Positions 25,860 through 38,700 of a DNA stretch of 64,000 nt are shown here, piece by piece (position 1 is the stretch's first letter; every line of letters begins with the position of its first letter). A model generated the notes under the pieces. That model was not told the origin of the DNA. It did not search any database and saw only the letters and a list, made by a program, of their open reading frames with translations. The DNA is taken from NCBI RefSeq assembly GCF_963921235.1, contig NC_086109.1:12152001-12216000 (forward strand), given 5' to 3'. Source of the stretch: Mobula hypostoma. Lineage: Eukaryota. The position numbers and the translations under genes are program-made.

Positions 25860-26226
25860 ACACAAGAGTTTTTATATGGTTTCGGATGGTATGGCCTCCA
25901 CAGAGCCATGATCTCAACATCACTGCAGCTGTCTGGGATCACCTGGAGAAGCAGAAGCAAGTGTGGCAGCCAAAGTCTGGAGAAGAACTGTGGCAACCTA
26001 CCAGACAATTTTCTTATAAAGTGGCACAACAGTGTATCTAAGAGAATTGATGCAGTTTTAAAGACAAAGGATCATCACATCAAATATTGATTTGATTTAT
26101 TTTTTTACTATTTACTGCTCTTTATAGTAAATATTTGGTATTTCAAAATTTCACAGTTCATTTTCTTTGAAAGCATCTTGGCTTTACAGAATATTTTTAC
26201 ATACGCCTACAACTTCTGCGCAGTTC
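25860..26226 (+). mobile_element. Tc1/mariner transposase C-terminal relic
   Basis: WPPQSHDLNIT.AVWDHL...KRIDAVLK.K..H.KY followed by a degenerate TIR-like end. Confidence 0.8.
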
Positions 26227-26339
26227 CATACGTACATAAGTTTGCATGTGACGCAAATATTATCGATGCTGTGGATGGTACAGAGCCTTGTTGTAAGTGG
26301 CAACAGGGAAAAGACAGGATGACGTGCTGGGTGTAGCAG

Positions 26340-26810
26340 TGATTGATGGAGTTTAGCTCAGAAAAATGTGAAGTCATACAACTTGGAGGATCGAACTTGA
26401 AGGCTGGTTAATCGTAGCAATATGGAGGTATAGAAGGATATTGGGGGAAAGTTTAGGGGAGATGTAAGAGGTAAGTTTTTTTATACAGGTCATTGAGTTC
26501 CTGGGACGCACTGTTGGCATGGAGGTAGAGGCTGATACAATATGGATATTAAGAGGCTCTTAGATAGGCACGTACATTTATGTATGGAAACAGACTCTTA
26601 CGGACTTTGTAGGATGGAAGGATTAGATTCATCATGGAGTATAGATTGGCACAACATTGTGAGCCAAAGGGCCTGAACTGTGCTGTGCTGTTCTATGTTC
26701 TGTGTTCCAGAACAAGAGGGCACAGCCTCAAAATTGAGGGGTGACCCTTTAGAACAGAAGTAAGGAAAATTTTTTTTTCGCCAAAGAGCAGTAAATTTGT
26801 GGAATGCTCT
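26340..26810 (+). mobile_element. CR1 3' fragments
   Basis: AGAGGGCACAGCCTCAAAATTGAGGGG and GGATATTAAGAGGCTCTTAGATAGG CR1 3'-end signatures. Confidence 0.6.
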
Positions 26811-26916
26811 TTTATAGACAGCAATGTTTTATTGCCTGCATGCATTCAGCATAGCCTGAGAGATTGGACTGTGGAGCCAACTGACTCTGAAGACTAGCAG
26901 TATTCATTTTATACAT

Positions 26917-27088
26917 GCAACACACATCAAAGCCGCTGGTGAACGCAGCAGGCCAGGCAGCATCTCTAGGAAGAGGTGCAGTCGATGTTTCGGGCCGAGA
27001 CCCTTCGTCAGGACTGAGCCTGCTGCGTTCAGCAGCAACTTTAATGTGTGTTTCTTGAATTTCCAGCATCTGCAGAATTCCTGTTGTT
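26917..27088. mobile_element. Inverted-structure Penelope-like tail insertion with 14-bp TSD
   Basis: TTCATTTTATACAT at 26903..26916 and 27089..27102; minus-strand hammerhead motif at 26979..27016. Confidence 0.85.
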
Positions 27089-27775
27089 TTCATTTTATAC
27101 ATAGTTATTCCTTTCAGCGTAGTGTTGCCTTCATTTCCTTTTGAGAGTTTTAGTTAACAGCCCTGTTTGGCTTAGCATTTATTGTTTTATTCCTCTATCA
27201 CTGTTCTCATAAAAAGCACTGTGAATTATCTACCCACTTCACTGTCTCTCACTCCTCACATGGGCCATATCTGAACATGGTGACACCAGTGATCTCTCAA
27301 TGTGTAGCATCTATTGGTACTTCTCTATATTCTGTTTGGTAAGACAAGTAAAGACAGAAGTTCTAACCACATCCTTTGCTAGGGGGAACATTATGCAATG
27401 GCAGCAGTGACTGATGAAATAGAGTCAGCACTCATAGTAACAATGTACAGAATTTAAGCAGATACACATTCCAGGCTAATATACTGTACAGTTTACGTCT
27501 CAAACAAACCCAAAGTAACAAAAGCTCTCCGTGTATACAGAATTCTTTTATCATTTATCTACTTATCAATGCGAAATTAAGTATTTATAAACAATTGCAA
27601 AGTCAGTAAGTAAATTCAGGAAAATATATAAATCAGCCACATTCTTGCATCACCATGACCCTCACACTACAATGAAATCAAAAGCAACAGACACAAAATG
27701 CTGGAGAAACTCAGCAGCTCAAGCAGCATCAATGGAAATGAATAGATAGTCAGGGTTTCATACATCTGCAGCTAA

Positions 27776-28090
27776 AAGTAAAGGCATCCGTTAGCCGTGT
27801 GAGACCATGGATCTGTGCCTGGAAAGTCTTCACTCTCCAGGGCGCAGGCTTGGGTAAGGTTGTATGGAAGACCAGCAGTTGCTCATGCTGCAAGTCTCCC
27901 CTCTCCACAACACCAATGTTGTCCAAGGGAAGGGCATTAGGACCCATACAGCTTGGCACCAGTGTTGTCACAGAGCAATGTGTGATTAAGTGCCTTGGTC
28001 AAGGACACAACACGTTGCCTCGGCTGGGGCTCGAACTCACGACCTTCAGGTTGCTAGTCCAATGCCTTAACCACTTCGCCACGTGCCCAC
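27776..28090 (-). mobile_element. tRNA-derived SINE with 14-bp TSD
   Basis: tRNA-like head; ACATCTGCAGCTAA (27762..27775) / ACATCTACAGCTAA (28091..28104). Confidence 0.85.
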
Positions 28091-29574
28091 ACATCTACAG
28101 CTAATTTTGCAGCATACTGTATGCCGGTGATATGAAACCTGATTTTGATCCTGATTCTGTATTACTTCTCCAATATGTGTGACTGGTGAGAATTGTTATC
28201 CCAGATACTGAAGCACTACTCAGACTTCAGCTGCCCCAGGGAATCGCATAGAATGAATCTGGATAGAGTAACATTGAGAGATCTAACAAGGTGAACAAAG
28301 ATGCTGGGAAGCTAGCTACTGAGAAGGTGAGCAAAGGTGTGCAGTTTCAGGTGTCAGGGAGACTATGGGAGTGAGATAGGAAAGATAGAAATGTTCTCTC
28401 CTTTGACAAGTGTGAACTGTCCATTTACAGTGCTCTATTATTCTGTGGGAAATGGAAACTACAGGGGTTGTCTACTCACACAGATCATTTACTGTCAAAT
28501 GGAGTTGATTTGCTTTAAGAATGGATCTGATGTGGAAATCTAACTGAAGCAAAGTGAAATCCCATCAGAGGTCTTGAAATTGCACTGACAGATGGAATAG
28601 AATTGAGAAGAGATGAGCTTTCAAGGCTCAAAAAGAAGAAAGAATGAAGCCAAGTATGTAATCAGAGTTTGCAGGAAAAGCACCTTCTACATCTCACTTA
28701 TTTCCCACTTTGCTCCCTCCTCAGTAGCAAGTTCCCAAAAATTATGGCAACACAGGGAAAAAGCTGGTGGAACTCAGACGACCAGGCAGAGTCTGTAGAA
28801 AAGAGTAAACAATCAACCTTTCAGGCTGAGGCGCTTCATCAGAACTCATGTCATTTCTTCCTCATGTGTTGTGTTTGATTGAATTACCATCAGGGCAGGT
28901 CCAGAAAGATGTACAAATCTTGGAGTGCAAGTCCATAACTCCCCGAGATTTGGAACAGAGGGAGATGGTAAAGTAGTTGTTAAGGAAGGCTTCCGGCATT
29001 GAACGAGCAATGAGCTTTCAAGAATTCATGCTGCAGAAGAGATTCACCAGACTGGTGCCTGTATTAGAAGCCCATAAGCCCCAAAGGCATTGGAGCAGAA
29101 TTTGACCTTCTCAACCCCATTCTCCTGCCTTACCCTGTAACCTTTGATGCATTTACAAATCAAGAACCTATCAACATCATGTACTCTGAGGCTATGCCAT
29201 CTGTTTGTAGACTCACTTACTGCAGGAAATGTTCTCTCCACGTCCACTCACACAAGGCCCTTCAATATTCAATAGGTTTCTATGAGATTCCGTCTCTTTC
29301 TTCTAAACTCCAGTGAGTATTTTAAGTCAAGCAAAAAATAAAACTTCTGGGGGAGCTTTGGGAGTCATGTGAGGTCTGAGAAGGCAGAGTGGTCAATATT
29401 TCAGATTAATCCCCTGTTTCAGGACACCTCCAGCCATTTATTGTTCATTCAGATTAGAACCTCTACTGTTGCTTGTGTCCAATACTTCAACTCTTCTCAA
29501 CATTTCATTCAGTCTTTCAGAATTGTATAAGTACTTCTCTCTTGCTAAACATACCGAAATGCTTTTCAGTTTGT

Positions 29575-29645
29575 CACGTACCACACACCATCTGTGTCAC
29601 CCTTGGTTTTTTGATCCAACTTCCTGCTGCCTTCTTCCTCATTTT
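29575..29645 (+). promoter_or_regulatory. Putative haematopoietic proximal promoter motifs (RUNX, ETS/PU.1-like)
   Basis: ACCACA 29580..29585, ACTTCCTG 29619..29626, TTCCTCATT 29635..29643, all within 130 bp of the ATG. Confidence 0.35.
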
Positions 29646-29708
29646 TATTTCACAATTACTTCTCTCTGAGGACAGACAGGTCCTGGCTGCGTCTCTGTGA
29701 ATAAAACA

Positions 29709-29745
29709 ATGTGGGCTTCAATTCTCCTGATTGTTTCCCTACCTG
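29709..29745 (+). CDS. Exon 1: leader MWASILLIVSLP
   Basis: ATG...CCT G|GTAAGT, phase 1. Confidence 0.8.
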
Positions 29746-32700
29746 GTAAGTGACAAATTGTGCTGGACATTTGCATAAGCAGTGTTGGTTTGGGGGTCAT
29801 ACACCATTCGCGGAACAGTACTTGAATATCTGTAGACACTAAAGATATCAGAAATTGGAGTTCAGAGTGCACTTCTGGGGGAACTCAGCGGGTCAAGCAG
29901 CTTCTTTTAGGGGAGGGGAATCAGCTACAGTTTGGTCTGTGACACTCAAGTGTAAGTGGAGAGGAAGATGGTCGAAATAGGAGAGGGGGAGGTGTGAGAC
30001 TGGGTCTACTAGGTCGTCGGGGACTTAGGAGGGTTGAAGCACAACAGGCAAATGGAAAGGGAAGGAAAAGGGGTGGACTTTGGAGATTGGTGAGAGGTGG
30101 AAGCAGACAAGAAGAAAAGGGGAATAGTGTGGAGTCAGGTGAGGGAAGAATATGTCCAGCTGATGGAATCTAGAGGCTGTTAAACGGGAATATCATGTCA
30201 ACTGGAATCTGATCTCACTCTGTTGGGATCACTATGAAAATTGATGTTATTCTCCTGTTAGCAGTGTCTTTCCTAGGCCATTTTAGTGGGGCATTTAGTA
30301 AAGAACATTTCTAGATGTGCAGTCAAAGATAACCTGGGTGGGGAGGGATGAGAGATTTCTGTCACTAAAGGCCTTTCTGATCCAGATGGGATTTTGACAG
30401 TCTGGTAGTTGATCATTATCATTATGGATATGTGGTTTTTAATTCCAGAAATTAGATATAAACACTTAATAAATCCCTAAAGGAAATGAAATCACACCTG
30501 GATTTCTGGACACCAAAGTGGTAATGACCACTGTTGCAGCACCTTCTAACTACACAGAGAAATACCTGACAGGTACAAAATATAAAATTTCCATCAGAAC
30601 CAGAGGGCTCAGTTTTCAGACAACATGAGGGGTTTCTTTCTGCAGTTTATAAACTTGTCTGTAAGTGCGGAGGAAGTCAGGACATTGTCATCATGGAGAG
30701 AATTGAAACATGATCTCAAATGATCCTACTAACCCCTGACTCAACCCTGGAACACAAGAAACATATGCACACAAATCTCCATGTACAGTAGCTCTATCTA
30801 TCCCAAATAAATTACCTGGGATCTTTGTGGACACTTGGAGGTCCAGCATGATCTGTTGTAATTTATAATTTAATATTGCTGCTCTCCCTCAGTACCAGAC
30901 TCGAAGATCAGCCCTGGGTTTCTGCTCAGGACTCTGGAGTGGGAAGTGAACCCACAATGTACTGACACAGGGGAGAGAGCACTGACACAGCTGACACAGT
31001 AACAGCACTGACTGCACCTCAGACCAAAATCATTGGCTGTGGTGTCATGGGAAATATTAAGTTGTTCCTTTCCTCTGAAATCTGAAAATGCCTCCTTCAG
31101 TTTCAGGTGCATTTTGGGCAGAGAAATATGTAAAAGGAGTTGTGGGAAGAGCGATCACAATCGATTGTCACTATGAAGCAAAGTACTGCTCACACACAAA
31201 GTATTGGTGCCATGGATGGACTCGCCAATGTTCAGTTTTAGTGGAAACAAATGGGCAACACAGACGGCGTGGACGAGTGTCAATCACAGATAACTCAGAA
31301 CGGAGAACATTTACTGTTACTATGAAGAATCTTCGCTCTGGAGATACAGGATGGTACAGCTGTGGAATTTCAACAACTTTTAATGACCCGATGTTTAACG
31401 TACATTTACAAGTATCTGATGGTAGGTTTCTCAGTTATTGATTTTGTGCCTTCAGTAAAATAAATGTGTCATCCCTGTTTCCTCTGGGACGGGTAAGAGC
31501 ATTAGATGTCCTGGGGAGTGACGATGTGCTGATCCCAGGGTGAAGCTTGTTGAATGGAGAAATGCCCATCTCGTGGATGTGTCTGAAGAACAACAATCTC
31601 CTCCTCCTCCTGCTCAGCCTCTGCACAGATTACAAGATCTTTGTCCAGACCCTGTCCATCCCTCAAAATCTCTGCATTAATATCAGTGTCAAAATCTGGC
31701 AACAAACGGGTGAAAATGGAGGGCTAAAATACACTGAGAATAAACAGAGAGGCAGATGATAGGTGGAACACAATGAGACAGAAGTGGCAGCAAAACAGGT
31801 AATAATGAGAAACAGGTCTAAGACAGAGTACTCAGTAATACAGGGGCCAGAGTAGAGCAGGAGCAGGGACAGGAGCATATGGGCATGAACACAAACAAGA
31901 GCACATGGCAATACAAAACCACAGACTGACAGCTAGTGACAAAACACATAAAGAGGCAAAGTTCAACTGGAGGTACTGACAGACATAGTCATACTCATAG
32001 TCATACTTGATTAATCCGGGGGAAAATTGTTTTCGTTACAGTTGCTTCATAAATAATAAATAGTAATGCAACCATAAATAGTTAAATAGAAATATGTAAA
32101 TTATGCCAGTAAATTATGAAATAAGTCCAGGACCAGCCTATTGGCTCAGGGTGTCTGACCCTCCAAGGGAGGAGTTGTAAAGTTTGATGGCCACAGGCAG
32201 GAATGACTTCCTATGATGCTCTGTGTTGCATCTCGGAGGAATGAGTCTCTGGCTGAATGTACTCCTGTGCCCACCCAGTACATTATGTAGTGGATTGGAG
32301 ACATTGACCAAGATGGCATGCAACTTAGACAGCATCTTCTTTTCAGACACCACCGTGAGAGAGTCCAGTTCCATCCCCACAACATCACTGGCCTTACGAA
32401 TGAGTTTGTTGATTCTGTTGGTGTCTGCCACCCTCAGCCTGCTGCCCCAGCACATAACAGCAAACATGATAGCACTGGCCACCACAGACTCGTAGAACAA
32501 ACTCAGCATCGTCCGGCAGATGTTAAAAGACCTCAGTCTCCTCAGGAAATAGAGACAGCTCTGACCCTTCTTGTAGACAGCCTCAGTGTTCTTTGACCAG
32601 TCCAGTTTATTGTCAATTTGTATCCCCAGGTATTTGTAATCCTCCACCATGTCCAAACTGACCCCCTGGATGGAAACAGGGGTCACCGGTACCTTAGCTC

Positions 32701-35700
32701 TCCTCAGGTCTACCACCAGCTCCTTAGTCTTTTTCACATTAAGCTGCAGATAATTCTGCTCACACCATGTGACAAAGTTTCCTACCGTAGCCCTGTACTC
32801 AGCCTCATCTCCCTTGCTGATGCATCCAGCCATGACAGAGTCATCCCAAAACTTCTGAAGATGACAAGACTCTGTGCAGTAGTTGAAGTCCGAGGTGTAA
32901 ATGGTGAAGAGAAAGGGAGACAAGACAGTCCCCTGTGGAGCCCCAGTGCTGCTGATCACTCTGTCGGACACACCGTGTCTCAAGCACACGTACTGTGGTC
33001 TGCCAGTCAGGTAATCAAGAATCCATGATACCAGGGAAGCATCCACCTGCATCTCTGTCAGCTTCTCCCCCAGCAGAGCAGGGCGGATGGTGTTGAACGC
33101 ACTGGAGAAGTCAAAAAACATGACCCTCGCAGTGCTCGCTGGCTTGTCCAGGTGGGAGTAGACACGGTTCAGCAGGAAGACGATGGCATCATCAACTCCT
33201 AGTCGAGGCTGGTAGGTGAACTGCAGGGGATCTAAGTGTGGCCTGAGCATAGGCCAGAGCAGCTCCAGAACAAGTCTCTCCAGGGTCTTCATGATGTGGG
33301 AGGTCAATGCCACGGGTCTGTTGCCATTGAGGCCGCTGGGGCACGGCATCTTCGGCACAGGGACAAGGCACGACGTCTTCCACAATACAGGAACCCTCCG
33401 GAGCCTCAGGCTCAGGTTGAATACATGGCGAAGTACTCCACATAGCTGAGGGGCACAGGCTTTGAGCACCCTGGTACTGACACCTGTAGAGCTGTGAAGC
33501 CCACCGTGGTGGTTTCGTGTGGGGAAGGGGTATAGTCATGAGAGCAGGGTGGGCGACTGTGAGGAGGGGTAGGAGGGGAGAGTGGAATATGTGTTGGTTG
33601 GGGGCCAACAACAGATGTCTCCTGTGCGGGATGGACAGGGGCAACACTGTCAAATCTGTTAAAGAACAGGTTAAGTTCATTGGCCCTGTCCACACTGCCT
33701 TCCTCTCCTCTGTTGCTAGTTTGCCAGAACCCAGTGATAGTCCTCATCCCCCTCCAGACCTCTTTCATGTTGTCCTGCTGGAGTTTCCACTCAAGCTTCC
33801 TCCTGTACCTGTGTTTAGCCTCCCTGATCCTGGCTTTCAGGTTCCTCTGTATTGCCCTCAGCTCCTCCCTACTTCCATCTCTAAACACCCTCTTTTTAGC
33901 GTTCAGGATGTCCTTAGTGCCCTTTATCACCCATGGCTTGTTATTTTAATAACAAGGGACAGTTCTTGTCAGAACATTGCCGTCCACACATCTCTCATTG
34001 ACAAGGCATTTTGCTCACATAATAGCTGATCACTGGATATTTCTTGTTTTTTCACACCATTCTCTGTAAACTCTAGTGACTGTTGTGCATGAAGATCTCA
34101 GGACATCAACAGTTAACAGTTTTTAAGACACTCAAACCTCCCCTTCTGGCACCAACTATCACCCAATGGTCAAAATCACTAAGATCACATTTCCTCCCCA
34201 TTCTGATGTTTGGCCTGAACAACAACTGAACCTCTTGATTATGTCTGCATGCTTTTATGGACAGTGTTGCTGCCAGATAATAGATTAATTAGATATTTGC
34301 ATTAACAAGTAGGTGAACAGGTGTACCTAATAAAGTGACAGAAGAGAGTTTGATTTCATTCAGTGTCTGATTGCTGAATTGTTTTCCACAGAACCCGTGT
34401 CTGCTCCTGTGGTTCGATATCCATCACCAGCAAATGTTTCACGTCTCAGGGGCTTAGTGTTACTTTCCTGTGAGTCTCTCCAGGGATCCTTTCCCATTCA
34501 GTACAAATGGTATGAACAATCTGGACATACACAGATCTCAGATACAAATGAACTGGCTCTCTGTTGTAAATCCTTCAGCCTCCAGCACCAACGATATTAC
34601 TGCAGTGCCTCAAATTGGTATGGAGCAAGATCCAGTGCAGTGGTTAATTTGACAGTCTTCAGCAAAGGAGAGACCTGCAGTTATATGACAGAAATCAACG
34701 GCAACAGTAAGTTCTAATTTCAAGGGGGTATACATTTCAATATTTATTGCTGTTATGGTGTACTGCTGCTCTTATACCTCTAGTGAGGGTAAGGAATTTC
34801 TTTGCATTTGTAGAAGCCACAAATTGCAGCCACCATGGGGTAGAAATAAAGTGTAGTGAACAGTTAAGTCTGTCACTTCCTCCTGGAAGATGCGCAGCAT
34901 CTCAAACATAGTTGGACTTGCACATCCAGACAAATTGAGAGCATTTCATTCATACTTCTCGCTTCAGCTTTGAAAAAGCTAGAAGAGGTGTTGATTTGTG
35001 AGACATTGACACTGTCATAAAAACAAAAGGAAAATATATTAAATATCAGTGGGAATGACAGAAATTCGGCAATGTCAGGGGGCAGAAGTGAGTGTGGTTA
35101 CTTTTACTAAGGAGAAGGTGCTCGAGGTGGTCGATAAGTCACCTGGATCAGATGGACTACACCCATGTTTCTGAAAGAGGTAAGTGAAGAGATTGTGCAG
35201 GCATTAGCGGTTATCTTTGAAAAATAACCAGACTCTGGAAATGCCACTCCACACTTTAAGAAGGGAGGGAGGCAAAGGAAGGGAAATTGTAGACAACACT
35301 CCAGAGTAGATGAGGAAAAGATGTTTCCCATGATGGGACAGTCTAGGACAAGAGGGCACAGCCTCAGGATAGAGGAGTGCCCTTTCAAAACAGAGATGTG
35401 GAGAAATTTCTTTATCCAAAGGGTGGTATACTTGTTGAATTGGTTGCCACATGCAGCTTTGGAGGCCAGGTCATTGGATGTATTTAAGGCAGAGATTGAT
35501 AGGTTCTTGATTGGACATGTCATCAAAGGTTACGGGGAGAAGGCTGGGAACTGGGGTTGAGGAGGAGATTGAAAAAAAGGATCAGCCATGATTGAATGGT
35601 GGAGGAGACCAATGAGCCAGATGGCCTAATTCTGTTCCTTTGTCTTATGGTCTTATATTGTGACATATACAGTATGTTCTTTAATAATAAATTTAATTTT

Positions 35701-38700
35701 CTCTTCTGAGAATGATGCAAAAATTTAATGAACATAAAATAAGAATTAATTGAAATTGAGTATATTTGCAAACAATACTCAAAGAACTTAAAGGTGAGTG
35801 AACAACGGAATTAAAAGTTGGGTGTTGAACAAAATGAGTGATTGCAGCTTGATGCAGTTTGCATTCGTCAGTCGGGTGTGAATCTGCAAATGGAAGTTGC
35901 TGCTTTTCTCAGAGTTGACATGTAACTGTAACCCGTGAATGTACAATTAGCCTCGGAGCTGCGACATGACGTAAGCTATTTGGAAATGGAAGAGTCATCA
36001 CTGCATGATAAGAAAGTTAGAAATATTAGAAGATTCTTTGTAGTCAGATGATGATGTGATATCGTATAAATTTCTTCATACAGTGGATGAGGGAGAGAAG
36101 AAGTAAGACCAAAGGCTAGTATGTTGACAGGCCGATGAGGGGGAATGCCATACTAGATCTAGTATTAGGAAACAAACCGGGTCAGGTGACAGATCTCTCA
36201 TTGGGTGAGCACCTGGGGGAAAAGGGAGAGAAATCCAGTGAAGTGGTCAATGTATCCATCTCCAACAGCGTCAGTATCTGCAGAAATGTGATTGAAGTCA
36301 ACAGCACAGGTAAATGGTGCAAGGTTTGATTCTTTATGATGGTCAATGGAGCACACTGGACTCTGAAGCGAAGGTTCCCGAGTTCGAATCCAGGCCGGGC
36401 CACCCCCAAGCACGCTTTCCATCCGTGCTGGGTTGAGTGTCGAGCTGGCCACTTGGTCTCGTAAAAAATACAAGTGTCAAGTCAGGAACGTCCATAACGT
36501 GACCTGGTTAATCCTGACACCATGTGCCAGACAAGAATGGCTGAATGTCTGGTACGACATGCTTAAAATAAAACTGCATGACTGGTGCATGCTGGATATT
36601 GTGTTGTTGGAACTTCACTCAGGAGCATGGAGTGTATGTTGTCACCACCTTTCAGAGAATGAAAAGCCTTTCAGCACAGCCGTTCAAACAGGAGTCACCC
36701 ACCACAGTGTCTCCTACCTCTGATCTGCTCTCACTGGCTGGGTGTCTCATCTGGTAATATTTCTGGCTGTTAATTAACATAGACTTCTAAGGTAATCCAC
36801 TTCAAAGTTTAAAGTAAATTTTTTATGAAGTTACATATATGTCACCACATACTACCCTGAGATCCATTTTCTTGCAGGCATTCACAGTAGATGCAAATAA
36901 ATAAAACAGAATTAATGCAAAACTCCACACGATCAAAAATGTATAAACAACCAATGTTGCAAAGAAGACAAATTGTGCAAATATAAAAGAAACAAATTAT
37001 TAAATAGTAAAAAAATAATATTGAGAACATAAGTTTTTAGACTCCTTGAAAGTGAGCCTGTTGGTTGTGGAATCGATTTAGTGTTGAAATGAGTGAAGTT
37101 ATCCATGCTGGTTTACGAGCCTGATGGTTGAAGGGTAATAACTGTTTCTGACCCTGCTGGTGTGACACCTCCTTCCCAACGGCAGCAGCTTGAGGAGAGC
37201 ATGGCCTGGATGGTAGCAGTCCTTGATGATGGATGCTGCTTTCTTGTGGCAGAGCTCCTTGGAGAATTTATCCATATTTGTTCTGCCTGAATTTATAAAC
37301 AATTATCTGTTCTGAATTTTACAGAAAATGGGCTGAGTTATCAAATCAAAGCAGTTTTACCTTGATAAAAAGTAAGGAAATCACACGGATTGTCTGTGTC
37401 CTGAAAACCCACATATCTTTTCCTTGTAGATGGAACTGTCAGACGTGACTCAAAAAATTGTGTATCCTAGTTCACTGAGCCTCTAAGCAAAAGTGTAGAA
37501 AGATTGAACTCAAATGAATTCTATGATGAGCAGTTTCAAGCACGGAAAATTTATTGGACAGATTGGGTTAAGTTCAAAGTTCAAAATACATTTATTATCG
37601 AAGGATGTATACCATATACAACTTTGAAATTTGTCTCCTTACACCTAGACACAAAACAAAGAAACCCAATGGAACCTATTGAAAAAAGACCATCAAACAC
37701 CCAATGTGCAGAGAAAATAAAAACAGATCATGCAAACAGGAAGAGTATGCAATTAACATTCAGGACTGAAGTTCATGCACGTGAGTCCACAGCCATGAAG
37801 CCTGTCACAGCCAATCTAGGAGCCCATTAGTTGCAGGCCACAGCCTCAGTTCAGCACAGATCCTTGAGGAGCAGCTAGCCTCACATCAGCCTGTCCCTCT
37901 TACCCAGTCCTGACACCCTGATGTTTTCAATCTGGCCGGGTGCTGAAGTCGGCCAAACAGCAGGTCGTTCCTCGTTCTCGGACCCTTTCCCTGCCTCTCA
38001 ATACACTCTCATGCTTGGGTCCCGCTGCCCCGATTTGGCTCGTACTCGACCTTTCCATTCTAGACCGAAGCTTAAATCGGTAAGACTTTGACTTGTTCCT
38101 TGCTCTTGGGCCAGTGATATTGTATGCAGATTTGGTCTGATGAAAGATTTTATTGTTATGGAAGGAGGCAAGCAAAGGATCAGCAGACTGATTTCTGGAG
38201 ATCACAGGGTTTATTGTAAGGCAGAAAGTAGGTAATCACCAATAATAGAGGAATGGTGATGGAAAATTGATGTGATTGAAAAGCAACAAATCTCCAGGTT
38301 CTGATATTCTACATCCCAGAGAACATCAGGAATTAGCACGAGAAAAATAGAGATGCATTGTTGGCCACTTCTCCCCAGTGGATTGGGGAGAAGCTAACCA
38401 ATCTATTTTAAAAGGGAGGTAGAGAGAAAAGAGGGAATTATAGAGCAATTAGCCTGACATTGGTATCAGGAAATGTGGTGAAGAGGACAAAAGACAAAAC
38501 CAATGTATTGGATTGGCCTTGTGTTTCTTTGTGCCCATTATAAATTCCCCCATTTCTGTCTGTTAGATATCCTATATTATTGATTAATCTTCTCCTCACA
38601 TACCTATTGAAGTTTTCATATGTTCTCTACAAACTTGCTCACGTTCTATGTTTTCAATGTTTTAATCGATTACTTTGTTTTGTTTTGAATTCTAAACTAC

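Noticed and set aside
33192-34029. Several long overlapping ORFs around the Rex1/Babar element
   Set aside because: Alternate-frame or antisense shadows of a GC-rich LINE ORF.
36349-36400. tRNA-like sequences here and at ~1170..1243 and ~28020..28090
   Set aside because: They are SINE heads: followed by SINE body, lacking a complete cloverleaf, and one has a TSD.
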